A stretch of DNA of 64,000 bases. Origin: Bacilli bacterium. Lineage in GTDB: Bacteria > Bacillota_I > Bacilli_A > RF39 > UBA660. The notes under the pieces are model-generated. The model saw only the letters and a list, made by a program, of their open reading frames with translations. It ran no database searches and had not been told where the DNA came from. This document shows, in pieces, positions 9,327-20,413 of this stretch; the first letter of the stretch is position 1, and every line of letters begins with the position of its first letter. The stretch spans positions 194,294 through 258,293 of the forward strand of contig JBBAFH010000001.1 of assembly GCA_041655535.1 (NCBI GenBank). Reading direction: 5' to 3'. The translations under genes and the position numbers were made by a program.

Positions 9327-10826
9327 GTGCGCACTAAAAACTCAGTAAAAACATTTGTTTGGGGAGTGTTTTTCACTGTAATAATTGCAGTTTTAGGATT
9401 ATTTAAAACAAAAGTTTTATTACAATATTTGGGAGCTGAAAATGTTGGAATATATCAATTGTTTTTTCAAATCTTCACTTACTTATCTTTAGCTGATGGT
9501 GGTTTAACGGCGGGTGTAACTTATTGTTTATATAAACCAATAAGTGATAATGATTACCAAAATATTAATGCGATACTTAATGGTGCTAAATCATACTTTA
9601 GGAAAATTGGTTATGTAATAATTGTCTTAGGTTTAATTATTTCATTCAATTTATCAGTTTTTATTAAAAGCACTAGTTTAGATTATTTTTATATACAAAT
9701 ATCTTTTATTTTATTTATATTAGCAAGTGCTATGAGTTATTTTGTATCCACCCACGCGATTTTATATAATGCTGAACAAAAACTTTATAAAGCAAATAAT
9801 ATTAATTTATCGGTTACAATTATAAAAAGCATATTAGAAATTATTTTAGTGCTAATAGGGTTTAAACTAGTTACACTGATGATAATGTTTTTAATTTTAA
9901 TGCTCTTAAGAAATCTTATCCTTGTTTATATATCAAAAAAAGAACATAGGTATTTTGATAGTAATATAAAAAAAGATAACACATTTAAAAAAGAAACCAA
10001 AAATTTAATGGTTAGGAAAGTAAGCCAATTAATTTTTGAAAATACTGATATTATTTTGATATCTAAATTTTTAGGTTTAACACATGTTGTAATATATACT
10101 TTTTATTATCAAATTGTTCATATGATAAAATTAATAGTTAATAAAATCAATTCAGCACTTTTGCCAAGTGTTGGAAATTTATTGATCAGTAATAAAAATA
10201 AAAATATTCCAATATTTGATGAAATTAACTCGTTATTATTTTTTGTTGGTTCAATAATTTGTATTCCACTATATTTCATGCTATCCCCATTCATTGAAAT
10301 ATGGTTTGGGAAAGATTATGTAGCTTCTAATATTATTTCTTTATTCTTTGTAATTTTATTATATGTTGATATTATAAAAATCGTCTTAATAGTATTTGCT
10401 GACGCATCAGGAAATTTTAAGAGTATGAGAAAGGTTTCGGTATTTCAAAGCGCCGCTAATTTAATTTTATCAATCATTTTAATTTTTAATTATGAAATTG
10501 CGGGTGTTTTACTTGCAACAATTTTAACTAATATAATAGGTGATTTGTTGATTATACCTAAAGTTATTAATGAAAAAGTTTTAGGTAGGACTGTTTCAAA
10601 ATATTATTATAAATGTTTAAAATTCATAATAGGTTTAAGCATTAACATTTTAATAACAATATTATTATTTAAAGATTTATTAGTCAATAATTTATTTGAG
10701 TGGTTGCTATGGGGAGTTGTTATATTTACTTTAAATTTTATAATAACGATGTTATATTATTATTTTATTAAAGAATTAACCTTTTTGAATAGAATTAAAC
10801 AATTATTGAAAAAAGCAGAAGTATAA
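9327..10826 (+). CDS. Wzx-type polysaccharide flippase (MOP superfamily)
   Basis: 499 aa, 12-14 TM, typical Wzx N-terminus and locus context. Confidence 0.7.
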   Translation: MRTKNSVKTFVWGVFFTVIIAVLGLFKTKVLLQYLGAENVGIYQLFFQIFTYLSLADGGLTAGVTYCLYKPISDNDYQNINAILNGAKSYFRKIGYVIIVLGLIISFNLSVFIKSTSLDYFYIQISFILFILASAMSYFVSTHAILYNAEQKLYKANNINLSVTIIKSILEIILVLIGFKLVTLMIMFLILMLLRNLILVYISKKEHRYFDSNIKKDNTFKKETKNLMVRKVSQLIFENTDIILISKFLGLTHVVIYTFYYQIVHMIKLIVNKINSALLPSVGNLLISNKNKNIPIFDEINSLLFFVGSIICIPLYFMLSPFIEIWFGKDYVASNIISLFFVILLYVDIIKIVLIVFADASGNFKSMRKVSVFQSAANLILSIILIFNYEIAGVLLATILTNIIGDLLIIPKVINEKVLGRTVSKYYYKCLKFIIGLSINILITILLFKDLLVNNLFEWLLWGVVIFTLNFIITMLYYYFIKELTFLNRIKQLLKKAEV

Positions 10827-10895
10827 AAATTATAGATGATAAATTGATTATAAGTAGACTGTGTGATATAATTTGAAGGATAGGTAAGTGATGAG

Positions 10896-12161
10896 ATGAA
10901 AAAGGTTTTAATAATAGCTAATCAATTTCCACCAATGGGTGGTGCTGGTGTTCAGAGAACAACAAAATTTGTAAAATATTTACCAATGTATGGTATTGAA
11001 CCAATTGTAGTTACTAAAGAGCACGTTGATAAGTTAACAGATAATTCTCTATTGGATGATATTAATGATAAGATAAAGATATATCGATTGGCTCCGTATG
11101 ATTTAGTTAATAAAAAGGGAATTTTAAAATTACCATTAAAATTTATAGGAACTAGAATAATGATGCCGGATTCCGAATGTTTTTGGTACTATTTTAATCG
11201 TAAAAAGGTATTTGAAATTATAAAAAAAGAAAAAACAGAAATAATATACACTACATCATTTCCATATAGTGCACATTTGTTAGGGTTATATATTAAGAAA
11301 AAATTACCGAAAATCCATTGGGTTGTTGATTTTCGAGATGAGTGGACGAATAATCCATATCACTTAGATAATACTGTTAGAAAAATTAAACTAATGTTAG
11401 AACGAAAAATGGAAAAAAACGTTACTAATAATTGTGACTATCTAATAACCAATACTCCTTTTATGCTAAAGAACTTTGTAAAAGACAATCCTACATTAAA
11501 AGGGAAATCTTCTTATATTCCAAATGGATACGATGAGGATGATTTTAAAACTATCAATACTCAAAAACAACAAAATAATAAATTGATTATTACTCATACT
11601 GGGTCATTATATGGAAGACGAAATTTAACTGAGTTTTTAGATGGTTTAAAAATTGCTGTTGATTCTAAAAAAATTGATAAATCAAAGATTGAAATAAGAA
11701 TTGTCGGTAATGTGCATCAAAAGGTTTTAGATGATTATTCAAGAAAATATAATATTGAAGGCGTTATAAAATCATATGGATATTTACCACATAAAGAAAG
11801 TATTCAAGAACTTTACAATTCTGATATTTTATTGTTGTTGATTGGAAAAGGGAAAGGATCCGAAAATTTTTACACAGGTAAATTATTCGAATATATATTT
11901 GTTAACAGACCAATTTTAGCAATAGTACCTGAAAAAGGTGCTGCAGCACAGGTTATAAAAGAAACAAAAACGGGATTTGTAGTCGAACCAGAAAATGTCC
12001 ATGCCATAAGTAAAGAGTTAATCAATTTATATGAAAAATGGTTAAATAAAAAATTAATAATAATGCCAAACAATGAAAAAATTGAAAAATATAGTCGTAA
12101 AACTCAGACAAAAGAATTGTCAAAAATCCTAAAAATCAACAACGATAGTGAGGAAGTGTAA
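10896..12161 (+). CDS. Glycosyltransferase family 4
   Basis: GT4 fold features, ~420 aa, EX7E-like region; locus context. Confidence 0.65.
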   Translation: MKKVLIIANQFPPMGGAGVQRTTKFVKYLPMYGIEPIVVTKEHVDKLTDNSLLDDINDKIKIYRLAPYDLVNKKGILKLPLKFIGTRIMMPDSECFWYYFNRKKVFEIIKKEKTEIIYTTSFPYSAHLLGLYIKKKLPKIHWVVDFRDEWTNNPYHLDNTVRKIKLMLERKMEKNVTNNCDYLITNTPFMLKNFVKDNPTLKGKSSYIPNGYDEDDFKTINTQKQQNNKLIITHTGSLYGRRNLTEFLDGLKIAVDSKKIDKSKIEIRIVGNVHQKVLDDYSRKYNIEGVIKSYGYLPHKESIQELYNSDILLLLIGKGKGSENFYTGKLFEYIFVNRPILAIVPEKGAAAQVIKETKTGFVVEPENVHAISKELINLYEKWLNKKLIIMPNNEKIEKYSRKTQTKELSKILKINNDSEEV

Positions 12162-12630
12162 TTTGAAAAATATAAACTGGATAGACATTTTAATTATAAT
12201 TTGTATTATCATTATTGCAATTATAACTCCTAAAACAATATCAAACTTTAAAAAGAAATATGAAAATCCTAAAAATTTGAGTGAACAAAATATAATTTTA
12301 ACAGTTGTGGTTGATGGTTTATGGATGGAGACAAAATTCAATTTAAAAGAAGGCGATTATGTTAATAATATTAATTCTCAACATAAAGGGAAAATTATAA
12401 ATTATAAATTTAAATCATCGCCTATGCTTTTAACCAATATTAATGGTGATATTATTGGTGTCACCAGTCTAAAAAAACAAAAAATAGTGTTAAAAATTGA
12501 AGCGAATGTTCTTACAACGGGTTCATATATTGCTTTTAATGGACAAGAAATAAAAGTTGGATTACCATTTATAACAAAAACAAATTCATTAGAACTAACT
12601 GGTAAAATTCAATATATAGAGGTGGCGTAA
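12148..12630 (+). CDS. Small N-terminally membrane-anchored protein, unknown function (paralog of next gene)
   Basis: GTG start overlapping previous stop (alternative TTG at 12163 after GAGGAAG RBS); single N-terminal TM then ~130-aa beta-rich domain. Confidence 0.5.
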   Translation: MRKCNLKNINWIDILIIICIIIIAIITPKTISNFKKKYENPKNLSEQNIILTVVVDGLWMETKFNLKEGDYVNNINSQHKGKIINYKFKSSPMLLTNINGDIIGVTSLKKQKIVLKIEANVLTTGSYIAFNGQEIKVGLPFITKTNSLELTGKIQYIEVA

Positions 12631-13136
12631 TGAAAATTATAGATAATAAGGGAAGAATTTTTGGAAAGATAAACATTGTTGATTTTGTAGCATTTGTTAT
12701 TCTAATCATATTACTATTTTTAGCTACAAAGGAGATATTTAATGTTATTAGTAAAAATAATATTGATTTGGGGACTGAAAAGAGCGAAGTTAATATTGAG
12801 TTTGAAGTTGTTATGTTGTACGAAAAAGATTTCTTTGATGTTATAAAAATAGGTGACAAATTAATAGAACGAAATAATGAATTATCCGCTAATATTATAG
12901 ATATCAAAATTTCGGCCGTATCAGTAAAATCAGTTACTGATACCGATAGTGACAATTTAATTGAAATACCATTTTACGAGAAAGCTAATGTAAAAATTAA
13001 TGCAACTGTTAAAAACAAGAATTATACTTATAAATTAGGGCAACAAACGATTGCTATTGGAAAGTTTTTCACTCTTGAATCAAAATTATATAAATATAAT
13101 TCTCAAATTGTCAATGTGGTGGAGATAGATAAATGA
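12630..13136 (+). CDS. Small N-terminally membrane-anchored protein, unknown function (paralog of previous gene)
   Basis: Same architecture as 12148..12630; translationally coupled (ATG overlaps TAA). Confidence 0.5.
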   Translation: MKIIDNKGRIFGKINIVDFVAFVILIILLFLATKEIFNVISKNNIDLGTEKSEVNIEFEVVMLYEKDFFDVIKIGDKLIERNNELSANIIDIKISAVSVKSVTDTDSDNLIEIPFYEKANVKINATVKNKNYTYKLGQQTIAIGKFFTLESKLYKYNSQIVNVVEIDK

Positions 13137-14692
13137 GATTCTTAAAAGAGTGTTATCATAAAAGCTTAATTTATTCACTTCTTAACAAGGTGAAACGTTT
13201 TTTTAAAGATAGTTATTTATTTGGTAAAAACATAGATGAACATAAAACGAAAGATCCTTTATCATATAGTACAAATGTTAATACTTGGGGTATTTATAAG
13301 TTTTTCCGAAGAATAGATTTATTTTTTAATAGAATTGAAAAAAAAATATTTAGGGGCATTATAAACAGTTCTTTAGTTGATAAGATGCTTACAGAAAAAA
13401 AACCACGACGAAAAAAAGAAAATAATGTTTTTTTAGACAACAGTTTTGTGGTTAAAAAAATCAAAGAAATATTAAACTTAATAAAGTTGGAAGATTTTTT
13501 AATTTTAATTCCTACAAGTTACCTTATTTTAGATTTTATTTTTCGTGACTTATTTCCAATGAAGGAATTTGGAAAAATATGGGATGAAATTTTGTTTATA
13601 TTAATGCTATTAGCATTTATTATCAAGAGAATAAAAAACAACGGTGAACTAAAGTATAAATTTACTCCAATGGATTTGCCAATATTGATTTTTACTGGCA
13701 TGGGTATCGTTCATGTTTTTCTAGTATCGCCTGATTTAAAAATTGCTGTACAGGGTTTTCGTGTGGTATTTCAATATATAATGTGGTATTTTCTATTTAC
13801 TCAGTTTATTAATAATTATAATAAGTCAAATAAAGTAATAAATTTTTTAATCATTATTGGTTTGATTTTGGGAATACATTCAATTTTCCAATATGTGATT
13901 GGGGTTGAAATGCCGGCAACTTGGATTGATATAACGGAAAGTATAAAAACCAGAGCATATTCAATTGTTGGCAGTCCAAATATTTTGGGATCAATTTTTG
14001 TATTATTAATCCCAATTAGTATTTCAAAGACAATTGTAACGAAAAAAACGAAAACCAAAATATTTTATTTTATAACTTCTTTAGTGATGTGTTTAGGTAT
14101 TGTTCTTACTTTTTCAAGAGGTGCTTGGTTATCATTAGCGGTTAGTCTTTTTGCTCTAATTGTTCTTATAAATATAAAATATATTTATTACTTTATAGTA
14201 GGTGTGAGTTTATTCGTGTTGTATGGTGGTACTTTTAGTCAAAGATTATTATTTATGTTGTCTCCAACATACCTAATAAGTTCAGCTAAAGGTGGAAGAA
14301 TTTATCGTTGGTTGGATGGTATTAAAATATGGGGAGAAAACAAATTTTTAGGTCTTGGGTTGGGACGTTTTGGTGGTGCAATAGCTACACAAAATAATTT
14401 AACTCCTTATTATATGGATAATTATTATTTGAAAACAATGTTAGAAATGGGTATATATGGATTATCAGGTTTAATACTCCTAGTTATGTATTATATTCAT
14501 TTCGCACTTAAAATCATTAGGTATCAAATAACAAAAGAAAACAAAATCATTGTTATTGGTGCATTTGCTGGAACTGTTGGAATTTTATTCCAAAACTTTT
14601 TTGAAAATGTTTTCGAAGTACCAGTTATGGTTGTATATTTCTGGTTATTTGTTGCAATTATTAATTCTTTTGCACCAGAAAGTGAAAAGTAA
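13133..14692 (+). CDS. O-antigen ligase / Wzy-type polymerase family membrane protein
   Basis: 519 aa, >10 TM, Wzy_C-like loop (…FSRGAWLSLAVSLF…), locus context. Confidence 0.65.
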   Translation: MRFLKECYHKSLIYSLLNKVKRFFKDSYLFGKNIDEHKTKDPLSYSTNVNTWGIYKFFRRIDLFFNRIEKKIFRGIINSSLVDKMLTEKKPRRKKENNVFLDNSFVVKKIKEILNLIKLEDFLILIPTSYLILDFIFRDLFPMKEFGKIWDEILFILMLLAFIIKRIKNNGELKYKFTPMDLPILIFTGMGIVHVFLVSPDLKIAVQGFRVVFQYIMWYFLFTQFINNYNKSNKVINFLIIIGLILGIHSIFQYVIGVEMPATWIDITESIKTRAYSIVGSPNILGSIFVLLIPISISKTIVTKKTKTKIFYFITSLVMCLGIVLTFSRGAWLSLAVSLFALIVLINIKYIYYFIVGVSLFVLYGGTFSQRLLFMLSPTYLISSAKGGRIYRWLDGIKIWGENKFLGLGLGRFGGAIATQNNLTPYYMDNYYLKTMLEMGIYGLSGLILLVMYYIHFALKIIRYQITKENKIIVIGAFAGTVGILFQNFFENVFEVPVMVVYFWLFVAIINSFAPESEK

Positions 14693-14709
14693 GGTTATAG
14701 GAGGATAAT

Positions 14710-15432
14710 ATGGTAGAAACAGAAAATATATTTGGAATAAACGTATCGATTCTTAACTATATGAGATTAAGAGAATGCGTAGAAAAAGACATTAATTTGA
14801 ATAAGAAAAGTACCATTATAGCTATTAATCCGGAAAAAATATTAAAATCACGAAATGATAACGAACTAAAAGAGTTGCTAAATAATGCTACTTATAAAAT
14901 ACCCGATGGTATTGGTGTTGTTTATGCTTCTAAAAAAATGGGTGGGAAAATCAAAAGTAGAATAACCGGAATTGATTGTATGGAAATGTTGTGTGAATTA
15001 TCTAATATTAAGGGTTATAAAATATTTATGTTTGGAGCTTCATCAGAGGTAGTAAGAAATGCTAAATATGAATTAACAAAAAAATACCCAAAAGTTAATA
15101 TTGTAGGCATACTTGATGGTTATGAAAAAGATAATGATAAAATAGTAGAAACTATAAATAAATCAGGTGCTAATATTTTGTTTGTTGCCTTAGGTTCCCC
15201 TAAACAAGAAAACTGGATAAAGAACAATATGAATAAATTAAATGTAAATATTTTTCAAGGTGTTGGTGGTTCGTTTGATGTTTTTAGTGGGGGAATAAAA
15301 AGAGCACCTAAGTTGATGCAAAAATTAGGTTTAGAATGGCTATATAGATTGATAAAAGAACCGAAAAGAATTTTTAGACAGATAAATTTATTTAAATTTA
15401 TGTTATTATTAATGGTAGGAAGGAAGAAATAA
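14710..15432 (+). CDS. tagA: WecB/TagA/CpsF family glycosyltransferase (GT26; ManNAc/ManNAcA transferase)
   Basis: 240 aa, characteristic GT26 sequence (…INPEKILKS…IPDGIGVVYASK…); adjacent to UDP-ManNAc(A)-forming enzymes. Confidence 0.75.
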   Translation: MVETENIFGINVSILNYMRLRECVEKDINLNKKSTIIAINPEKILKSRNDNELKELLNNATYKIPDGIGVVYASKKMGGKIKSRITGIDCMEMLCELSNIKGYKIFMFGASSEVVRNAKYELTKKYPKVNIVGILDGYEKDNDKIVETINKSGANILFVALGSPKQENWIKNNMNKLNVNIFQGVGGSFDVFSGGIKRAPKLMQKLGLEWLYRLIKEPKRIFRQINLFKFMLLLMVGRKK

Positions 15433-15434
15433 AA

Positions 15435-16685
15435 ATGAAAATAAGTGTTATAGGTTTAGGTTATATTGGTTTGCCAACATCTGCAGTATTTGCTGCTCAT
15501 GGGGCAAATGTTGTAGGGGTTGATGTATCACCCAAAATTGTAGAAATAATTAATCAAGGAAATATTCATATTGAGGAACCTGGATTAGCAGAACTTGTTA
15601 AAACCGTAGTTGCAAAAGGAAACTTAAAAGCATCTTTAGTTGCTGAAGAATCCGATGCATTCATTATTGCTGTTCCAACCCCAAATAATAATGATGAATA
15701 TTTAGGATGCGATTTAAAATATGTGTTAAGTGCGACTGAAGCAATTTTACCATATTTGAAGAAGGGAAATGTAGTGATTATAGAATCAACTATTTCACCA
15801 CGAACAACAGAAGACTATGTAAAACCATTACTAGAAGAAAAAGGTTTTATTGTTGGTGAGGATATATATTTAGCACATTGTCCAGAGAGAGTTTTACCAG
15901 GACAAATCTTAGATGAACTAGTAAATAATAATCGTATTGTTGGTGGTATTACACCTACTTGTGCAGATGCAGCAGCAAAAGTATATGAACTTTTTGTAAA
16001 GGGAGAAATAATAAAAACAGAAGCAAAAACTGCTGAAATGAGTAAATTAATGGAAAATACATTCAGAGATGTAAATATAGCATTAGCTAATGAATTAACT
16101 AAAATTTGTAATAGTTTAGATATTAATGTTTTAGACGTAATTAAAATGGCTAACAAACATCCTAGAGTAAATATTCATACACCAGGTCCTGGTGTTGGTG
16201 GTCATTGTTTAGCAGTTGATCCATACTTTATTTATTCAAAAGCGCCAGAAATTTCAAAAATAATTAAATTGGCTCGTGATACAAATAATAGTATGCCTGA
16301 ATTTGTAGTTGAAAATGTTGAAAAACTACTTAATAATGATAAAGAAAAAACTATAACTGCATTTGGTGTTACTTATAAACCAGATGTAGATGATTTAAGA
16401 GAATCTCCGGCTTTGAAAATAATAAGAACGTTGGAAGAAAAGGGATATAATGTAAAAATACATGATCCACATGTTAAGAATGAAGATTATTTAGATTTTA
16501 ATTCTTCATTAAAGGAAAGTGATTTTTTACTTGTATTAGTTGGACATAAATTATTTAAAGAAATGGATATGAATAAAGTTCGCGAACTTATGAAAAATCC
16601 ATTATTGTTTGATGTAACTGGTGCAATAAGAAAAAATGATATTGTTGATGTAATTAACTATGGTAATTTATATAAATTTTTATAG
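15435..16685 (+). CDS. wecC: UDP-N-acetyl-D-mannosamine dehydrogenase (UDP-glucose/GDP-mannose dehydrogenase family)
   Basis: N-terminal Rossmann MKISVIGLGYIGLPTSAVFA; 416 aa; pairs with WecB two genes downstream. Confidence 0.8.
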   Translation: MKISVIGLGYIGLPTSAVFAAHGANVVGVDVSPKIVEIINQGNIHIEEPGLAELVKTVVAKGNLKASLVAEESDAFIIAVPTPNNNDEYLGCDLKYVLSATEAILPYLKKGNVVIIESTISPRTTEDYVKPLLEEKGFIVGEDIYLAHCPERVLPGQILDELVNNNRIVGGITPTCADAAAKVYELFVKGEIIKTEAKTAEMSKLMENTFRDVNIALANELTKICNSLDINVLDVIKMANKHPRVNIHTPGPGVGGHCLAVDPYFIYSKAPEISKIIKLARDTNNSMPEFVVENVEKLLNNDKEKTITAFGVTYKPDVDDLRESPALKIIRTLEEKGYNVKIHDPHVKNEDYLDFNSSLKESDFLLVLVGHKLFKEMDMNKVRELMKNPLLFDVTGAIRKNDIVDVINYGNLYKFL

Positions 16686-16705
16686 TTATTAAATGAGGGA
16701 ACGTT

Positions 16706-17824
16706 ATGAAAAAAATTTTAATTACTCAAAGTGATTTAACAATTGGCGGAATTCAAAAATCTTTAATTAATTTATTAAATCAACTCGATTATACAAAATA
16801 TAAAGTTGATTTAGTTCTTTTCGAAAAGAAAGGTGAATTATTAAATGAGGTCCCATCAGAAGTTAATATTATTTCAATAAAAGAAAAATACAATCTAACC
16901 TTATCAAAAAAAGAACGCATATTAAAGGAAGTATTTAGTTATAAATCATTTTTTAACAAATTATATAAAAATTTAAAAGATGAAACAAGATATGATGTTG
17001 CAATAGCGTTTGATGGTTATGTTTCGTTTTCCGATTATTATGCTGCATTTTCAAATGCAGCAAAGAAAGTAATTTGGGTTCATAGTGATTTTTATTCGAG
17101 AAAAAAATTCCAATTTAAGTTTAAAATTAAATTGTTTAGTTTAAAAGACAAATATCAATATTTTGACCAAATTGTTGCTGTATCAAATAGTGCACAAGAA
17201 GGTTTCATTAAAGTTTTTCCTAAAAATAAGGAAAAAACAACATATATTTGGAATTTCATGGAAGCACCAAAAAAAGATTTTTTAATAGAAGAACCAGATA
17301 TTATATTTAATAAAGATTATTTTAATATTATAAGTATTGGTGCCTTATTACCTGTAAAAGGATATGAACGTTTAATAAAGGTTCAAACAAAACTTAATAA
17401 AAATGGTTTTAATACTAAAATGTATATATTAGGTGATGGTCAACAGCGTAAAAAATTAGAAAAACTAATCAAAAAAAATAATTTAGAAGATAGTTTTATA
17501 TTGTTGGGTAGAAGAAAAGATGTTTATCCAATTTTAAAACAAGCGGATTTATTTGTTTCCTCATCTTATTATGAAGGTTTTGGAGTAGTTTTGCTTGAGA
17601 GTTTATCATTAGGTGTTCCTATTTTAGTGCCCAGAATATCTGGTGTATCTGACATTGCAAAGTACATAGCACCCGAAAATTCTGCAAAAATTGTTGAAAA
17701 TTCAGTTGAGGGATTATATGATGGAATTATTGAATATATCAATGAATCAAAAAAAACATTTAAATTTGATTTAAATGATTATAATAGAAAAGTACTTAAT
17801 GAAATAGAAAAAATATTAAATTAA
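16706..17824 (+). CDS. Glycosyltransferase family 4
   Basis: C-terminal …SSYYEGFGVVLLESLSLGVPILVP… GT4 signature. Confidence 0.7.
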   Translation: MKKILITQSDLTIGGIQKSLINLLNQLDYTKYKVDLVLFEKKGELLNEVPSEVNIISIKEKYNLTLSKKERILKEVFSYKSFFNKLYKNLKDETRYDVAIAFDGYVSFSDYYAAFSNAAKKVIWVHSDFYSRKKFQFKFKIKLFSLKDKYQYFDQIVAVSNSAQEGFIKVFPKNKEKTTYIWNFMEAPKKDFLIEEPDIIFNKDYFNIISIGALLPVKGYERLIKVQTKLNKNGFNTKMYILGDGQQRKKLEKLIKKNNLEDSFILLGRRKDVYPILKQADLFVSSSYYEGFGVVLLESLSLGVPILVPRISGVSDIAKYIAPENSAKIVENSVEGLYDGIIEYINESKKTFKFDLNDYNRKVLNEIEKILN

Positions 17825-17838
17825 TGTAGGAGGATTTT

Positions 17839-18948
17839 ATGATTAAAGTTATGACAATATTTGGTACAAGACCGGAGGCTATTAAAATGGCACCGCTTGT
17901 AAAGGAATTAAAAAGTAGAGAGGAAATCGAGTGTATTGTGTGTGTAACTGCACAACATCGTGAAATGTTAGATCAAGTATTAGAAACATTTGATATAACA
18001 CCTGATTATGATTTAAATATCATGAAACATGGACAAACATTAGGAGATGTTACAACTCGTGCTGTTAATGGATTAGAAGGTGTTATTAGAGAAACTAAAC
18101 CTGATATAGTTTTAGTTCATGGTGATACTACTACAACTTTTGCTGGAGCTTTAGCTGCATTTTATAATCAGGCAGCTATCGGACATGTTGAAGCAGGGTT
18201 AAGAACCTGGAATATGTATTCACCATATCCAGAAGAAGCAAACAGACAAATGGTTGGTGTAATTGCCAACATGCATTTCTCTCCAACAAAAGCTGCTGCT
18301 GATAATTTAATTAATGAAGGCAAAAACAAAGCTGATATTTTTGTTACTGGAAACACTGTAATTGATGCAATGGATTATACCGTTGATGACAATTACAAAC
18401 ATGATGTAATTGATTGGGTAGGGGAAGATAGAATGATTCTATTAACTGCTCATCGTCGTGAAAATTTAGGTGAACCTATGAAAAATATTTTTAAAGCTAT
18501 TAAAAGAATAGTAATAGAGTTTAATGATATTAAAGTAGTTTATCCAATTCATATGAATCCTAAGGTTCGTGAAGTTGCAAACGAAGTATTTGGTGATTGT
18601 GATAAGGTTAGATTAATCGAACCATTAGAAGTAATTGATTTTCATAATTTTATAAATAAATCTTATATTATTTTAACTGATAGTGGCGGTATTCAAGAGG
18701 AAGCCCCATCATTAGGAAAGCCAGTATTAGTACTTCGTGATACTACTGAAAGACCAGAAGGAATTGAAGCTGGAACTTTAAAGCTTGTCGGTACTCATGA
18801 AGAACTTATTTATAACGAAACAAAACAATTGTTAGAAAATTATGAATTATATAAGAAAATGAGTGAAGCTCATAATCCATATGGAGATGGATTAGCTAGT
18901 AAAAGAATTGTTGATGAGATTATAAAGAGACATGCTGAAAAAAAATAA
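17839..18948 (+). CDS. wecB: UDP-N-acetylglucosamine 2-epimerase (non-hydrolysing)
   Basis: MIKVMTIFGTRPEAIKMAPLV… and …HVEAGLRT…; 369 aa. Confidence 0.85.
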   Translation: MIKVMTIFGTRPEAIKMAPLVKELKSREEIECIVCVTAQHREMLDQVLETFDITPDYDLNIMKHGQTLGDVTTRAVNGLEGVIRETKPDIVLVHGDTTTTFAGALAAFYNQAAIGHVEAGLRTWNMYSPYPEEANRQMVGVIANMHFSPTKAAADNLINEGKNKADIFVTGNTVIDAMDYTVDDNYKHDVIDWVGEDRMILLTAHRRENLGEPMKNIFKAIKRIVIEFNDIKVVYPIHMNPKVREVANEVFGDCDKVRLIEPLEVIDFHNFINKSYIILTDSGGIQEEAPSLGKPVLVLRDTTERPEGIEAGTLKLVGTHEELIYNETKQLLENYELYKKMSEAHNPYGDGLASKRIVDEIIKRHAEKK

Positions 18949-20413
18949 AATCATTTTTTTAATATTTACAGTTTTTTTTCTTATATACCCACTACTAATA
19001 ATTTTATTTAATAATTTTTTGTTATCTATTATTGTTTTTACAATATTAACTGCTGTTAGTTTTTTGTTATTTAAGAGTAAACCAATTAAAATTAATCCAA
19101 GATTAGTTTCTTATGCTCCATATATAGTTTTTGCTTTGGCATTACTAAGTAGATTAATTATTGTGTTTTTTATGAATGATAAAATTATACAAATATCTGA
19201 TTTTAGCAAAGCATTTAGCCGCGCTAATGATTTGAATTTTAGTGGTGACATGTATTATCAAATTTTCAGTCATTGGATTTTATATCCAAATATAATTCAC
19301 AATATTTTTGAAGTTTGGGGTAATAGTCAATTAATGGCCCTAATATTTAATGCATTGTGTGTTTCATTATCCTCCGTTTTAATTTATCAAATTACGTATA
19401 AAATCTTCAAAAATTATAAAATTGGTTTGATTGGTAGCTTAATATATATATTATGGCCATCGACAAGTTTTTATGTACTAATATTTAGCCCGGACCATAT
19501 TGCTGGACTACTTTTATTAATTTCGGTATATTTATATCTAATTTTCAACAATTCTTGGACTGAAAAAAAATGCTTTTATAATGTTCTCATTGCTTTTATA
19601 ATTGGAATTATAATAGGAATAAGTACTTTTTTTAAAAACTTTGGTCCTGTATTGTTAATTGCCATTATTATTATTTGTTTATTAGAAATGATAATTAATA
19701 AAAAGAATATTTTGACAATCAAAAAGCTTGGTTTTGTTATCATTATTCTTATATCATATATATTTTCTAAAAATGTAACTTTTAATTATATTGAAAATTT
19801 AGTTGGTGCTAAAGTAGGCCGAAATATTACTCCAATTTATTTAAATGTTGGTTTAAATAGTAAAAGTAAAGGATATTATAACAACGAAGTTTACAGTATG
19901 TATTTTAATGAGTTGAGGCAAAATAATTTAAATTTTGGAAAAACTAATAATGAAATTATGAAATTACTTATGTTTGACATTAAGTCAAATTATAGGGGGA
20001 TTCCACGAATGCTATATAATAAAACAATTACCAATTTTAGCACTGATAATGCCAAGTTTAATTGGGTGAAAAATTCCGTAATTGATTCCCAAACAGACAG
20101 AGTAGTTTTTGTGATAGAAAAAATATTAAAACCACTTACTAATTTCCATTATGTGATCATTATATTTTGTATGACTTTTATGGTAGTACAAAATTATCGT
20201 GAAAAAAATTTAGAGATATTATTATTATCTTTAATTATCTTTGGTGCAGCAGCAATGCTTATGTTGGTTGAAGCACAAGGAAGATATAGATACGCAATCG
20301 AACCATTTATGTGTATATTAGCAGGTGCTGGCATCTATTATTATAAGAATTTTGTCGGAGGTATTTTAAATGAAAAAATATATAAAGTTAATAAGACCAA
20401 AACACTATCTTAA
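18932..20413 (+). CDS. Polytopic membrane glycosyltransferase candidate (GT-C fold, ArnT/PMT-like)
   Basis: 493 aa, ~12 TM with large loops; positioned directly upstream of UbiA-type phosphoribosyltransferase. Confidence 0.45.
   Translation: MLKKNKIIFLIFTVFFLIYPLLIILFNNFLLSIIVFTILTAVSFLLFKSKPIKINPRLVSYAPYIVFALALLSRLIIVFFMNDKIIQISDFSKAFSRANDLNFSGDMYYQIFSHWILYPNIIHNIFEVWGNSQLMALIFNALCVSLSSVLIYQITYKIFKNYKIGLIGSLIYILWPSTSFYVLIFSPDHIAGLLLLISVYLYLIFNNSWTEKKCFYNVLIAFIIGIIIGISTFFKNFGPVLLIAIIIICLLEMIINKKNILTIKKLGFVIIILISYIFSKNVTFNYIENLVGAKVGRNITPIYLNVGLNSKSKGYYNNEVYSMYFNELRQNNLNFGKTNNEIMKLLMFDIKSNYRGIPRMLYNKTITNFSTDNAKFNWVKNSVIDSQTDRVVFVIEKILKPLTNFHYVIIIFCMTFMVVQNYREKNLEILLLSLIIFGAAAMLMLVEAQGRYRYAIEPFMCILAGAGIYYYKNFVGGILNEKIYKVNKTKTLS

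Noticed and set aside
13519-14058. Short minus-strand ORFs (60 and 80 aa) inside the Wzy/ligase gene
   Set aside because: Antisense, low-complexity, embedded in a supported CDS
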